From Octopus sinensis (Eukaryota): a stretch of DNA of 64,000 bases. Each line of letters begins with the position of its first letter. Positions within the stretch are counted from its first letter, which is position 1. Shown here piece after piece: positions 25,765-38,979 of this stretch. The stretch covers positions 24,366,001 through 24,430,000 of the forward strand of contig NC_043006.1 in the NCBI RefSeq assembly GCF_006345805.1, in the 5' to 3' direction. The translations under genes and the position numbers were made by a program. The notes under the pieces were generated by a model. It ran no database searches and was not told the DNA's origin. It saw nothing but the letters and a program-made list of their open reading frames with translations.

Positions 25765-27290
25765 CCACAAGGACAGACAATACAAACGTGGGGTACATAC
25801 TACAATTAGCGAATGAATTATGAGTTAAGGTATTAACTCTTCAAATATCATCAATGGTGGTAGTTCATCATATCGAAACCGTAATGGTGTATTATCTATC
25901 CTACTTCCAAATATTTCTTTCAATCTTGCCACTCTTTTGTCTTCCTCTAACACTGCTTTCATATTTCGATTCGCTTCCTTGTCTGCCAGCTTAATTCTTA
26001 TCACACCTTTCATTTTGGCAATTCTTTTTTCTATTTCTACACCATCACTCTTTTGTATTTCCCTTTTCGTGGCTTTCTCGGCTGCATTTCTTCACTCTCT
26101 GCCCATATTGCTGGTGTTTCCATCTCTATTTGTTGCTTGCTTTCTAGTCTCTTCTGTCTTTCCTCCTCTTTACTTGTTGAAGGCTCTGGCCTTTGTGTTT
26201 AATCTCCCATTGCTTCCTCATTTTTTTTTTTTTTTCCTTTTTCTTTTCCTCCGCCTTTCGTTTCTTTTTAAGTGGAGATTTGCTATTTCCTCTCTTCTCT
26301 ACTACAGTGAACTCTTCTTCCTCCTCTGCTATTACAATTTCTTCTTCCTGACGCTCTTTCTCCACAACCTCCTGTTCGTGTTTCTGGGGACACTTGGCCT
26401 TCATGTGACCCCTTACTCCACATTCAAAGCATATTGGGGGTCTACTTTCCACCATGATTCTCAGTCTGGTTTCATCTGGTAATATAATTTCGTCGACAAT
26501 TTTGTGGAGGTCTGGTAGGCTGATATGGACCATTACCTCTAGGCCACCAGTTAACCTCTGCGGTCATCGACATTTTAAGGATTTCTGCATTTTCTTCTGT
26601 ATTATAGAGGATGGCTGCAACAAGCCATGCCTTGTCAATTTCTGGTGGCACCTCCCTATCCTCACTCTGGCTGCATGTCTGCCACAGTAAGTAGGTAACA
26701 ATGCCCACTGCACTGATTTCAAGGCTACGGTGGAGTATCTCTTTGCATCATTCTCATTAACGAGGCGTACCTCCACCGTACTGAACTTTTGTCCTCTGCT
26801 GTAGAACGTAGTTATTTCTTCTATTTCCTTTAAGCATTTCTCTATCACTTCCATGGCTTCTATCTCCACCTTCTTTGACACTATATTCAACATTCTATAG
26901 GTAATAATTTTTCTTTCTGTATTCTCTGTCACTTCTTTCGGGGGTGTCAGCCTTAGGTATCCTCCCTCCTTCTTCAACAAAGTATTAAACTTCTTGAAGT
27001 CTCTGTCCTTTACTTCCAGTTCACATATCTGCAGTAGCTCAGCTGTCAGGCTTTTACCCGTCACTGCAGCATAACTGCTTGTTTGAACCTGTGTATTCAT
27101 AATTACATTGTTTACTGCTTCACCCATAAATGGGGAAGCCAAATAAAATTTTCAACAAATTCAAACAATCACAATATTCAACAATTCAGTAACTGAAATT
27201 AACAAAACAATAACTCACATGTGAGCGAAATCAAGACACAACAATGACGTACTTCACGAGACTACCAAAACGCTCTCCATGAACTACTAA
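25765..27290 (-). mobile_element. Non-LTR retrotransposon ORF1 (gag-like, CCHC knuckle) with 5'UTR and no ORF2; frameshifted
   Basis: SYAAVT N-terminus, RRM-like middle, CFECGVRGHMKAKC (CX2CX4HX4C), K/E-rich region and C-terminal ...PPLMIFEELIP* at 25825. About 4 frameshifts. Confidence 0.85.
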
Positions 27291-29690
27291 TGATCTCTAC
27301 TCTTTATAAGAGTTCAGCTAGTCCATTCTTCCAATTCCTCAGGGGTGTCAATGACTCTCACCACATCATCTCCCCCTTTGAGATTGACTTCCACTGGAAG
27401 TTAATATTTTTTTTTATTTATTTATTTATTTTATTTTCTAGTATCTTTTACACAATATCAGCCTTTTTACACAGTATTGGCCATGCAGTGGGGACTGAAC
27501 TTGAAACCATGTGGTTGGGAAGCAAACTTTTTACCACATGGCCATACCTGTGCTAGACCATTTTAAAAGAAAATGTTTTAAATGAAACAGACAAAAAATA
27601 AAAGTAGTTAGCATTAAAAAGATTAACATATCAATATAAAAGTTAGGTATGGCTGTACCTTTTCTTAAGGCTTACAGTCACTCAAAGTTATGGAGAAATA
27701 GACTTGTCCAAAAGTATTAAGTAGTGGAACTGAATCTCTAAACTTGAGATTGAGGGGTAAATTGTTAAATACTTGGCTTTGTACACACACATACACATGT
27801 TTGTATATATCATGAATAAATAGGGATAGATTATCCAGGTGAGTACCATACAAGCACTCAGTTATAATTCAGGTTCTGGTTAACTGCATCAAGTTGTAAG
27901 GAATACCTAATACTACTCAAGATGAGCAATACCACAGTAATTCATTCAATGGGTCAATCCTAGGTTTGCTTTGCTGGATTACAAGTATTTCACTAAGGCT
28001 ATATCCAAGACAATTACAATGAACATGCAGATTAGAATATCTGCATATTTTTTATTTCTACAGTTAATACAGCATATTTGATTTAAATCTGTCTGGTGTA
28101 CTTTTCTACTGCATAGAAAACTAGCAATTGCATTTGTATCTAGCTGTTTTTCACTGGTTAGCAGTCTATGCAAATTTAGTCAAGGACTATCCACAAAGCA
28201 AACTAAGTGTATGTAAGTTTGGTTAACCATTATTTGATATGGCTATAAAAACTACTACATGGTTGACCTCATCACAGCCTTGGCTTAAGTTCAAAACCAG
28301 AGTACTAAACCTTTAAGTAGGTCAAAGCGCATTTTTCAACACTAGTTTTACGTGGATTGTGATCTGATGTTTATCTTTTATCTTTTACTTATTTCAGTCA
28401 TTAGACAATGGCCATGCTGGGGCACCACCTTGAAGAATTTTTAGATGGATGAATTGACTTCAGTACTTAATTTTTGTTAAGCCTGGTACTTATTCCATTG
28501 GTCTCATTTGTCAAACCACTAGGTTGCAGGGCATTATGTAGTGGCTAAACACATGTAAACATCTATATATGTCTCTGTGTGTGTGAATGGTGCTTAAGTT
28601 GATATTCTTTGCAGGTATTTATAACTGATCTAAGCTATGGCAGCCTCAAGATTAAAAAATCACTTACCTGAAAAACAGGTAAGTGTTGGCAAAAGGAAAA
28701 GCATCCAACATATTGCCACAAATAACTCTATCTGAAACCATGGAGAAATAGCTGTTACATGAAATAATAAACTAGTTATTCCCATCTAATTTCTAATTAG
28801 TTGCCAAAAAATTCTCAGTGGATGAATGTCTCAGATAAATTAAGATGTGCAATATGAAGTTCATATGTGCTTAGTCACCACACTCATTGTTCTTTGGTTT
28901 TAGGTTTTCTAACTTATTATATTTATTAGTAGAGCAATCTGGAGGTATTCAGGTCACTTTATATTCAACCTTCCATGGTCAATTGTTTTTCACAGCAAAG
29001 CTTCATAAAAAAAGAAAAACTGTTCCTACACCAGCTGAAGAAGTAAGTAGATACATATAGATATGGATGTCCTCAGGTTTGCTACAAGGTAAGTCAAAGC
29101 ATATTTTCTTCATTTCAGTATTTTCAACTCTAATTCTTTATATTAATTTATTATCACATAGACACTGATCACAATTACAACGAATTTCTAATTACTTTAT
29201 GGGCACAATGAGTGTGCCTTAGGAGTTCATGCGTGTCTAGTTACCATTTACAAACACTCCTTGATACATATATACACACATAAAGTATTTAATATCAATT
29301 TTACTATGCATATTAGGTAATTGCATTTTGTTGGATCAGCTGTTTTAGTCCCTAATAAAACCTAAACTGCTGGGTTAAGAGTGGAATTCTTTGTTTCACA
29401 GCATCCAACCCTCAAAAATATGGCTAAGTTAAGTTATAAATATTAATACACCTCTACTGTGTCTCCTCATACCTGACTGAAATATCAACTTCTAGATTAT
29501 TAACACATGGTTACTTTCATCTGGTGAAGAAACCCTACATAGCTCTTTAGATTCAAACAACTGCATTTATGGGCATGCTGGAGTATAATATCACAAAATT
29601 TATTCAGCTTAATTTTAGCCGAAACTATAAACAATGAGAGTAAAATGCAATCCCTTCCAGTATCACATACATACATTTGCATAGAATTCA

Positions 29691-29907
29691 CCCTTTTGTT
29701 ACAATATTTCTGTTGAAATTCACTGCCTTTGTTTCAGTTAATTATAAAATGATAAAGAATTTAGTAAAACTAATTTTATAATTATTTAACTGATACATTG
29801 GAACAAATAAGTAATTTTGATAGAAGCTTTTAATTTAGACCACTTTAAAATAGGAAATTTTCATCATAGAACCAAGGTTGGTCTCCAGCAGTTTGGTATC
29901 AAAAGGG
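29691..29907. mobile_element. piggyBac-type MITE (family B-like)
   Basis: ttca|cccttttgttac ... gtatcaaaaggg|ttaa. Confidence 0.6.
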
Positions 29908-30039
29908 TTAAATTGTTAAAAGATACACTTTGATTGATACAAATTAGAAATATAATTTTCCAAGAAGTTTTCTGTTTGACAGGGCTGGTGTTTTGCACAA
30001 GGAAACAAGGTCATCACTTTTGGCACTAAAATCTGGGGA

Positions 30040-30392
30040 CCACAATAACAAGTTTGCTTCCCAATTACATGGTTCTAAATTCAGTCCCACTGCATGGTAC
30101 CTTGAGCGAGTGTCTTCTGCCTTAGCGTTGGGCTGACCAAAACCTTGGGCTTGGTAGATGGAAACTGAAAGAAGCCCATCATGTGTGTGCTTGTGTGTTT
30201 GTCGCCCACCCCTGCTGGAGAACTAGTGTTGGTATTTATGTCCCTGTAATTTAGTGGTTTGTCAAAAGAGACTAATAGAGTAAGTACCTAGCTTTAAAAA
30301 ATAAGTACTGAAATCAATTAATTCGACTAAAATTTTTAAGGGTAGTGCCCCAGCATGGTCACAGTCAAATGACAAACATGTAAAAGATAAAA
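30040..30392 (+). mobile_element. Diverged tRNA-derived SINE (same family as 38291)
   Basis: ggttctaaattcagtcccactgc head, gaaactgaaagaagccc core and ccagcatggtcacagtc tail. A similar copy lies at about 33270-33620. Confidence 0.75.
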
Positions 30393-30811
30393 TTTCTTAA
30401 TTCTATTATAAACATAAGAACTTATTAATACATAGAACAGATGAGATCACCCTTTGAGCAAAAAATGGGTGGATGACGTGACTTGATGAGAAGGAAGGGT
30501 AAAAGGTGTGGTTCAATAATACCCTGTAACATTGATCTAGTGTGAAATATTCCGAATTCTACCTAGTAACAGATTTACACAATGGTACACATGGTTATAA
30601 AACTACATATTTCTTTGTTTGCAAGCTAAATATAATTCTTTGATTATATATTTCCAGCTGGTGCAAATGAGGGTGATGGCTAGGGAATGTTGTGGAAAAT
30701 TACTAGAGGACACTCTCATTGTAGGCCTGGAAGAAGTGTGTGTACATTGTAGACCTAGCCTAGAGCACTGCAGGCACAGTTACCTCCTTTGACAGTGGGT
30801 TTAAAACAAGC

Positions 30812-30826
30812 TCACTAGATGGCGCT
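30812..30826 (+). promoter_or_regulatory. CTCF-like motif
   Basis: TCACTAGATGGCGCT against the core CCACYAGRKGGCRC, in non-repeat, CpG-containing sequence. Confidence 0.4.
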
Positions 30827-32099
30827 AGAGTGTGAGATTCTGACACAAGGTCTTACAACTTTATCTTTTCTCGCCAAGATGTCAGACCGTAAAGACGTGA
30901 TCTAGTCATCTCTCTCACACCACACGCCAGCTAGCAGACAGGAGACAATGCACAGGAGAAGAGCATGGCTTCCACGCATCAACCATTTCCATTTATCATT
31001 CAGCTTGTATATATACATGTGGTCAGCATTAAAGACATTTAAAGTTACAGCCTTGTTTCATATATATTCTTTATACCATGTTCCTGTCAAATGGTACTAC
31101 AGCCTTCTGAAGAGAGTCATGTTTAGATGGTCTTGGTATCATGGTTGTGGATCCATCTAAAGCACTAAATTCTCTGGTGCCAGCTCTGCTACTTGACCAA
31201 ATATTTTTCTGACATTAATTATACACTTCACAGTCAGTTTTAGCATAAACACCACAACTATCTTCTGAAGGTTATGTTACAGGTTCCACTATACCACATA
31301 CTATAGGGGATGATAAAACTTGAAGCCTATAAAACTTTCTGCCTAGTACTAATAGCTTAAAGTAAATTCTTAGAGCAAATCATGCTGGCTATGACAGTTC
31401 ATGATTAAAGTATCTAAGGTTTGATGCAAATCTAGAAGCCAGCCTCACTTGTTTACTAAACAAAACTGAAGTAGAATGTGAAAGATATTAATAGCTAGTA
31501 AACGATAGAAGGACTGAGTAAACAATAGAAGTGTGTGTGTGTGTGTGGTGTGTGTGTGTGTGCACAGACACACACTAATGAATGTGGAGAGAAGGGAAGA
31601 GGAGGCAGGAGCAGTACAAGCAAAGAATTATACTACCAAATGTTTATTCTGCCTACATTACTGATATACGGAAGTAATTTATAAAAATATAAAGCAATGA
31701 ACAAAAGACTTTTTTTTATCTTTTCACCTGTTAGAAATATAACTGGGACATTCCAAGATTGAAAGTGTAAAGGTATTTTGCTGATTTTCGCTATGATTTT
31801 TAGTAAGGTGTAGTTGAAATAGCAAAAACATAATTAATGACTTAGGTATTGCTGTTAGCCGCCTACATTTAGTACTGACTACTAACATTCTTGATGGTAA
31901 CAGCACTGCTCTGAATATCCAATATCAATGTTGTTAAGTTGTCAAAAGAGATTGTGCTGATGAAATCATTGTATTCATAAATGCTACAAATTGACTTAAA
32001 TTTGTTAAGATAAATCTCATAACAGAAAAAAAAAACAACGCGCGCGCGTTACGAAAACTCAAAAACCAAAGATAGCTATCTATTTCATGAATTATTATT

Positions 32100-32634
32100 A
32101 CTATTGAGCAAGAGAGCAGTGCAAGCCATCAAAGTGACACTGAGGTAAAATATATTAAATACAAAGCTCAGTTTACCCTTCATGACTACCCGTCTGATAA
32201 GAACACATTAGGCACATGCATCACAACCATATGTACGCAACATACCCTAACCCTGACCTCATATGATAAACAGTGCATGATCTTGCAGGTGGGGCCCAGT
32301 TAGAATGTTTTTCAGGTCAAGTACCCCATTCCTCTCAAAATGTTCCTGAATAAGGGTTGTTTAAGGATGTTGGATGAAACACCTGTTTCCACAGGCAAAT
32401 TATTCAAACCCCAAAGAATTCCTCTCATCACATGGCCATGATGATCCCCCACTACTTCTGCTTGTGATCAGAGATGCACATATTGTTAGCCACTGAGAGA
32501 CATCCTCAACTGGTTAAGGTCAAAAAGCAGAATATTTGTTGTAGTCCATCTCTTATACTAAGACAAAACATATACATGATAATACTTCCAATCAGTTAAG
32601 ATCAGAAGCCATGACAGCAAGTGCCTGGCACTGC

Positions 32635-32670
<36 letters not shown>

Positions 32671-33216
32671 ATGAGAGAGCAGTGCATGCCATCACTGTGA
32701 CACTGGAGTACAATTATACAAAGCCTAATAAACCCATCATGACTACCCATCTGATAAAGGTATACCAGGCGCATGCATTACAACTGTATGTGGGCAACAT
32801 GGTGATCTTATATCATGCACATGACCTTGCAGGTGAGGCCCAGTTAGAATTTTCTTCAGGTTGAGTAGCCCATCCCACTCAAAAGGTCCTTGAATAATGG
32901 TTCTTTAAGGATGTTGAATGAAACACCCATGTTTCCACAGGTGAATTATTCAAGTCCCGAATAATTCTTCTCAACACACGGCTATTATGTTCCCCCACTA
33001 CTTCTGCCCGTGATCAGAGATGCACATATCCTCAACCACCAAGGGACATGCTCAACTGGTTACATTCAAAGTGACAAGCAAATCTGTGATATTGAGCAGA
33101 ATATTTGCTGTAGCCCATCTTTTATACCAAGACAAAACAATGTACATAATAACACTTCCAATCAGTTAAGATCAGAAGCCATGAGAGCCACTGTCTGGTA
33201 TTGCATCAGGGCATAA

Positions 33217-33230
<14 letters not shown>
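32100..33230 (-). mobile_element. Two tandem copies of an about 550-bp element separated and flanked by (TAA)n
   Basis: gagagcagtgca..ccatca..gtgacactg...cttccaatcagttaagatcagaagccatga occurs at about 32110-32630 and 32670-33215, with (tta)n at 32636-32668 and 33218-33253. Confidence 0.85.
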
Positions 33231-33254
<24 letters not shown>

Positions 33255-33913
33255 GTGGAGGAATGGCTGTGTGTGTGAAGTTTTCTTCCCAACCACATGA
33301 ATCTGGATTCAGACTGGCATCTTGGGCAACTGTCTTTTACTATAGCTCCAGGCCAATCAAAGCTTTGTGAATACATTTGATAAATGGAAACTGAAAAAAG
33401 CCATGGGTATGGATGTGTCTTTGTAATTTCCTACCACCACCACTACTTGACAACCAGTTTTGGTCAGTTTGCACCCCAGTAACTTAGTGGTTTGGTAAAA
33501 AGATTTTGACAGAATAGGTACTAAACTTTAAAAAAAAAAGAAATGAGGTTGATTTGTTTGACTCAACCCTCAAGGTGGTGTTCCAGCATGGCCGCAGTAT
33601 AATGACTGAAATAATGTAAAAAATTTTTAAAGAAGACAAAAGATAGTGATGATAATGATAAACATCTGAACATTTCAATGACAGCTTCTTACATGGCAAA
33701 GAACCTTTTCCATACCAGATGATACATGGTGAAACTGTTTCATGTTCATAGGGCATAGAACCCAAGGCAATATGGCTGACAGTTTGGAGCAAATCACTGA
33801 TAGGAGTTAGTCAATTAAACTGACTCTAGTACTCGAGTGATACTTTATTTCATTAATCCCAGAGGGAAAGAAGTGAAGTTGGCCTCAGTGAAATTTGATG
33901 TTAGAATGTTTAA

Positions 33914-34125
33914 CTCTTTCGTTACCAACCTGGCTGAAACCGGCCCTGGCTCTTTAGTATAAATGTCTTGTTTTCATAAGTTTTGAATTCAAATCTTCCA
34001 CCAAATCTTAGTTAAAATTTATGTTCCTAACACTAGCTTAATGATAACGAAGTTAATTTACTAAATTCTTTGTTATATTTAAGAGAAACACAGAGCATCT
34101 CAAAATAAATACAGTAATGAAAGGG
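33914..34125. mobile_element. piggyBac-type MITE (family B)
   Basis: TTAA|ctctttcgttacc ... gtaatgaaaggg|TTAA. Confidence 0.8.
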
Positions 34126-35675
34126 TTAAAGTTAGAACAAGTACTGAAAGGCATTTAGTTTGCTGCTCTAATGACTGTACCAATACCAGATCCACTATAG
34201 TCAACTTGCCTATGTCATGACAGCACTCCTATGACTCCATTCGAAGTTGAGGGCCTTAAAAAAAAACTCAACACATATGCACAGAGGATATATACATTTG
34301 AAATATCAAGTAAGCCTTTTGATACTATTTAGCCTCACAGTGAAAAGTAAACAAAATGATTAAACTACATTTGTATGTCTCCATGGTCATAAATGGTGTG
34401 ATAAGCTTCAAATTTTGTTAAACCTTCACCAGTGAACAAATATCCACTTTCTCTCAACAGATAGAATAGCAGCTTAAAGCTATTGATAGTGCTTACAAAT
34501 TTGGACATGACTAAGCTGGTCTAATTTGCATAAGAGTTCAGACACTGGCAATGTGAGTTAAGCATTACTCATCATTTTTGTTTTGAGGCGAATTCAAATG
34601 TCTACATGACATTTGAATAGTCCTCATAGTATGGAGAGCATGTACAGTTATGCAAATTAGAACAGATAAATTTAGGCATGTTTGAGTTTGTATCCACTTT
34701 AAATGGTTTTGTGGATAGAGAGCAAGTAGTTGTTCTCTGACAAGTGTTTAACAAAATCTGAAACTAGGTTGGTCCATGCTTTTGTTCATGGAGAGATAAG
34801 CTATGTGCTGTCACCACTATATGTCAAATTTCAGGTTACTAGGAATAGGTATGTCTGTGTAGTTAAAAAGTTTGCTTGACATAGTTAGGAATTCAGTCCT
34901 ACTGCATGGTACCTTCTAATATAGCTCTATGCTGACAAATGCTTCGTGAATAAATTTGGAGACTGAAACTGAAAAAAGCTGTTTGTGTGTGTGTGTGTGT
35001 GATGTGTATGTGCATGCGTGTGCATGAGAGAGAGAATGAGTGTGCAAGAATTTTGACATATTACAACTTTGCTTGAATGAAACAGTGAATAACCAATTGC
35101 TTGCCAACAGTTAAGGGTTGGTGACAGGAAGACCATCTATCCACAGAATCCTGACTCAAATACACATTCATCTAACCCATGCCAGCATGGAAAAATGGGT
35201 ACTGAACAAATGAACAAATCAAAACTATTTACTTTACATTACAAATTAGCTTCAAAGGACATGTAGCTAACCAGGATATGTTACTGGTAGAGAAGCAGAG
35301 GTAATCAAGACAGATGACCGACAATCGACCACTTCAGGATTGCAAGAAGTGACACTCAAACATCATATCTTTGTCCTCATTTTGGAAAAATAAAATACTT
35401 CAAGGTGGCAAAAATAATACAAGAAAGTTGATTGTAAACAGTACAAGTAAATAGCAATCAAAATGAGGCTGTTCTGGTGAAAAGGCAATACCAACATGCC
35501 AGCATGGAAAATGGACACTAAGTGATGATGATGAACTAAGACAAAAGAATGTATCTTTTAGAATAACATGTGGCTTTCTTATCATTAAGCAAAGGTTGGT
35601 TCATTACCTAAAATTATGATGGAAAGTTTTCTATCATAAAACTAGAGGTCTGAAGCAGACATCTTGAAACTTTAA

Positions 35676-35894
35676 CCCTTTAGTATTTAAACCGGCCATA
35701 TCCGGCCAAAATATTTTATCTGTTTTATGTTCAAACTGACCAGATCCAGGCTCTCACACCTACCCTACAATGTTATTCTACATTAAGTAATTAGACCATC
35801 AAGCTCTTGAAGATTTGAGATAATGCATGATTAATTCAAATCAATGGGAATCAATAGGCATTATGTTTGATTGAATAATCTGAACACTAAAGGG
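35676..35894. mobile_element. piggyBac-type MITE (family A)
   Basis: TTAA|ccctttagtatttaaaccggccatatccggcc ... cactaaaggg|TTAA. Confidence 0.85.
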
Positions 35895-36004
35895 TTAAAG
35901 AATAAAGATAAAAGAGATTGCTCAGCACAACAGTACATGATGAAATTAATGATGATACAGAATTTGGAATTACAAAGTGAAGTTAAATAACAATGAAAAA
36001 TAGC

Positions 36005-36530
36005 AAAAATAATGGACAGTAACGAATATAATCAACATATAGAGAAATTTATAAAAGGAGAAGGTTGTGAATAGCTAGATACAAACGATTTTGTTAGTTA
36101 AAGGAAAACTATTAGAAAGGAATGTTTCAGAAAGAAATACTTCGGGAAGACAAAAGTTAGTGATTCAGTTTAAGCTAAATGATTAGTCATTAGACATACG
36201 CCATAACTCTTTAAGTAGACAGACAAATCTTAAAAAGGAATAAAGGAGAGAAGCTCAGAAAACTCAAAAAAGTAATGAATCATTACTCCAGGATAATGTT
36301 GGTATTTCTACAGCTGTTTAAAGAAAGGTTAAGATTATTTAGCTGTGAAGAACCTGTAAAGAGGTGAGGAAAATAGTACAGCATGGTACATAAAATTGGT
36401 AAAGCTACTGTAAAAAGAAGGTAAACTAGAATATTTTAGACTGAAGCATATATGGCAACAGGAGAATTCCAGACAAAGTAAGAAAATGTATGAATGGTTT
36501 TGTATTTTTAAGGAGGTAGATGACGCTTAA
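36005..36530 (+). mobile_element. Possible very decayed Penelope-type RT remnant
   Basis: IMDSNEYNQHIEKFI..(x)LD resembles the PLE VIMD..Y motif, and EVDD lies near 36515. Many stops. Confidence 0.3.
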
Positions 36531-36619
36531 AAAGTGAGTTGATTATAAGATACAATTATATCTTTAGAAAATTAAGTCATTGAGAATAGGGGGAAAACAC
36601 CTATAGGGCAGGATATCAA

Positions 36620-36652
<33 letters not shown>

Positions 36653-36653
36653 T

Positions 36654-36685
<32 letters not shown>

Positions 36686-37186
36686 AAGAGAGAGAGAGTC
36701 CTGGGTCACAGTAAGAACTTGTGACACAGAAATAATCTGATACTTTGTTAGCCGTCAACACATTAATACATGTAAATGCATGCACACACACACACACAGA
36801 CAAGCATGTGCACACATTCCAATTCCAGATTTAACTAGGTCTCTAAATTTTCATAAATGTATAAAATATCTTTAAAGTTAGATTATTGTTTAGCTCCAGG
36901 TTAGCCCTGTCTGAGCAGACCCCAAAGTGATAAAGGTATTCAAGCTATGACCCACTCATCTTCTCAAGTGCAGTACACCCAGAATCGCATTATTCAATGA
37001 TGGCTCTCTTTTTTTCTACAAAGACAGGGTGAAGTTTTAAAACAATTTTGCTGCAGGTCTAGTGACAATGGAGACTCATTTTTATGATTGGATATGCTGC
37101 CACTTTTCTATGCCTCCATGAGTCAGACAGAATTCAATGAGCAAGGTTTTCTATGGCCGGTTGCCCTTCATGTTACTGACACTCAC

Positions 37187-37340
37187 CTGTTTCCAAGTAG
37201 GGTAATAATAATGTTTTAGGTTGTTAAAACAGCACAATTTATTGATCACAAAGTTCACCACATCAGAATACTTCAGGGGAGAAAAGTTACCGGTGTAAAT
37301 CTGTTTACAGCTAATGAGGCACCGCAAACCTAAGAAGTTT
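37187..37340 (-). CDS. Candidate exon (NFLGLRCLISCKQIYTGNFSPLKYSDVVNFVINKLCCFNNLKHYYYPTWKQ), coding status unproven
   Basis: Strong acceptor ttctcattttattttcatcag| and donor CAG|gtgagt. 154 nt, open in one frame (phase 2 to 0). No homology recognised. Confidence 0.3.
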
Positions 37341-37734
37341 CTGATGAAAATAAAATGAGAATTCAATCAAACTGATGGCAGTAGTAATGCAACATTAATA
37401 TTAGATTCACAGACTGCCAACTCCATATAATATCCTCAATTTTTGAGTGATCTTGTTTAATAATTTTTCAGTGAATTTGTTTTCATTTGAGATATGTGGG
37501 TTTTAAAGTGCTGTGGAAGTGGTACCCAGAAACAGACCACTGGTTGTTTTCCTGTGCCCAGTGTTGTTAGGGTTGATGCTTGTGGTTAGGATTATATTTT
37601 GCAGGACGTGACACCCCCAATTTTCCATATCTTTTTGATAGCAAACATTTTAAGTTGGAATTAAAATATGCTTTTAGTAGTAGTGTTCCAATGAAAAGAA
37701 TATATGGGAGGGAGGGAGGAGTGGTGACACATGG

Positions 37735-37812
37735 TGTAACCACATGAAAGTGCATGTATCTGAATGGAGCTACATGTGTAACCACATGAAAGTGCATGTA
37801 TCTGAATGGAGC
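37735..37812. repeat. 42-bp tandem duplication
   Basis: tgtaaccacatgaaagtgcatgtatctgaatggagc at 37735 and 37777. Confidence 0.9.
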
Positions 37813-38290
37813 AAATACATTTTAAAAAATAGATACGAGCAGAGAGAAAACACAATGTAGTATTTCTGATATTTCTAACATAATTAGCAGCCAAGTTTCA
37901 GTGATAGCTTGAAAATTAGCTATAGTTACTGACTACCAACCTATCAATTGACAATCAGTCCTAACATTTTTATTCTCCCACAGATGCATGAGTGTGTGTG
38001 TGTGTGTGTCGGGCGCGCGCTGAGGATTATAAAGCTCTATAAATTTCGTAACTCGCAACAGTTTATTTTATGGTGTAAGGGAGGTAACTCAGAATACACA
38101 GGCAAATGAGTGAATGAATGACTAAAACTATGTCCGTTTTGAGGAGGAAGAAGAAAGAAAGAGAGTAAGAGAGGAGCGGTGGAATACTTCTGACAAATGC
38201 AACTCGAACTTCTTTTTTTTTTTTTGTCCAAAAGCAAGATATATCCGAAACATTATTGACAAACAATGTCTGGTCGGGAGTTACTCTCTC

Positions 38291-38686
38291 TTTTTACTCT
38301 TTTACTTGTTTCAGTCATTTGACTGCGGCCATGCTGGAGCACCGCCTTTAGTCGAGCAAATCGACCCCGGGACTTATTCTTTGTAAGCCAGTACTTATTC
38401 TATCGGTCTCTTTTGCGAACCGCCTAAGTGACGGGGACGTAACACACCAGCATCGGTTGTCAAGCAATGCTAGGGGGACAAAACACACACACACACACAC
38501 TATATATATATACATGTATATACGACAGGCTTCTTTCAGTTTCCGTCTATGAAATCCACTCACAAGGCATTGGTCGGCCCGGGGCTATAGCAGAAGACAC
38601 TTGCCCAGGATGCCACGCAGTGGGACTGAACCTGGAACCATGTGGCTGGTTAGCAAGCTACTTACCACACAGCCACTCCTGCGCCT
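38291..38686 (-). mobile_element. Young full-length tRNA-derived SINE
   Basis: 5' ggcgcaggagtggctgtgtggtaag (A box) and ggttccaggttcagtccc (B-box-like), central (TG/TA)n, 3' gaaacaagtaaaagagtaaa tail. Confidence 0.9.
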
Positions 38687-38979
38687 AAGGTGAAAAAAAA
38701 CAAAACAGAGACATTATAAGCCCCAATGTAAAACTGAAGGAACAGTGCCCACTGAGTTGGAACTTCGTATAATAATAACGTTATTGTATACAGTGATCAG
38801 GTGACAACTAAGTGAAAAGGAGGAAAAGAGGGGAGAGAAAATAGCAATAAATCAAGTAAAGACAGAACTTAAAGTACATTCACACTACACAGAACAAAAG
38901 GCAGAAAATTGAACACACCCTCCACCTTTTCTTCTTTTTCTTTTCTTTTCATATCTCTCTTTTCTTTCTCCCCATTTCC

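Noticed and set aside
25937-26482. 181-aa hydrophobic plus-strand ORF
   Set aside because: Antisense shadow of the K/E-rich ORF1 region.
28996-29088. Plus-strand candidate exon KLHKKRKTVPTPAEE with two gtaagt donors (also 1868-1938, 9567-9649, 45359-45392)
   Set aside because: Isolated short frames that do not chain in phase into a recognisable protein.
34668-34720. CTGACAA...GAAAC-TAG-GTT hammerhead-like string (similar weak strings near 33723, 51940 and 59805)
   Set aside because: Core mismatches and no helix I or II pairing, as expected by chance in AT-rich DNA.
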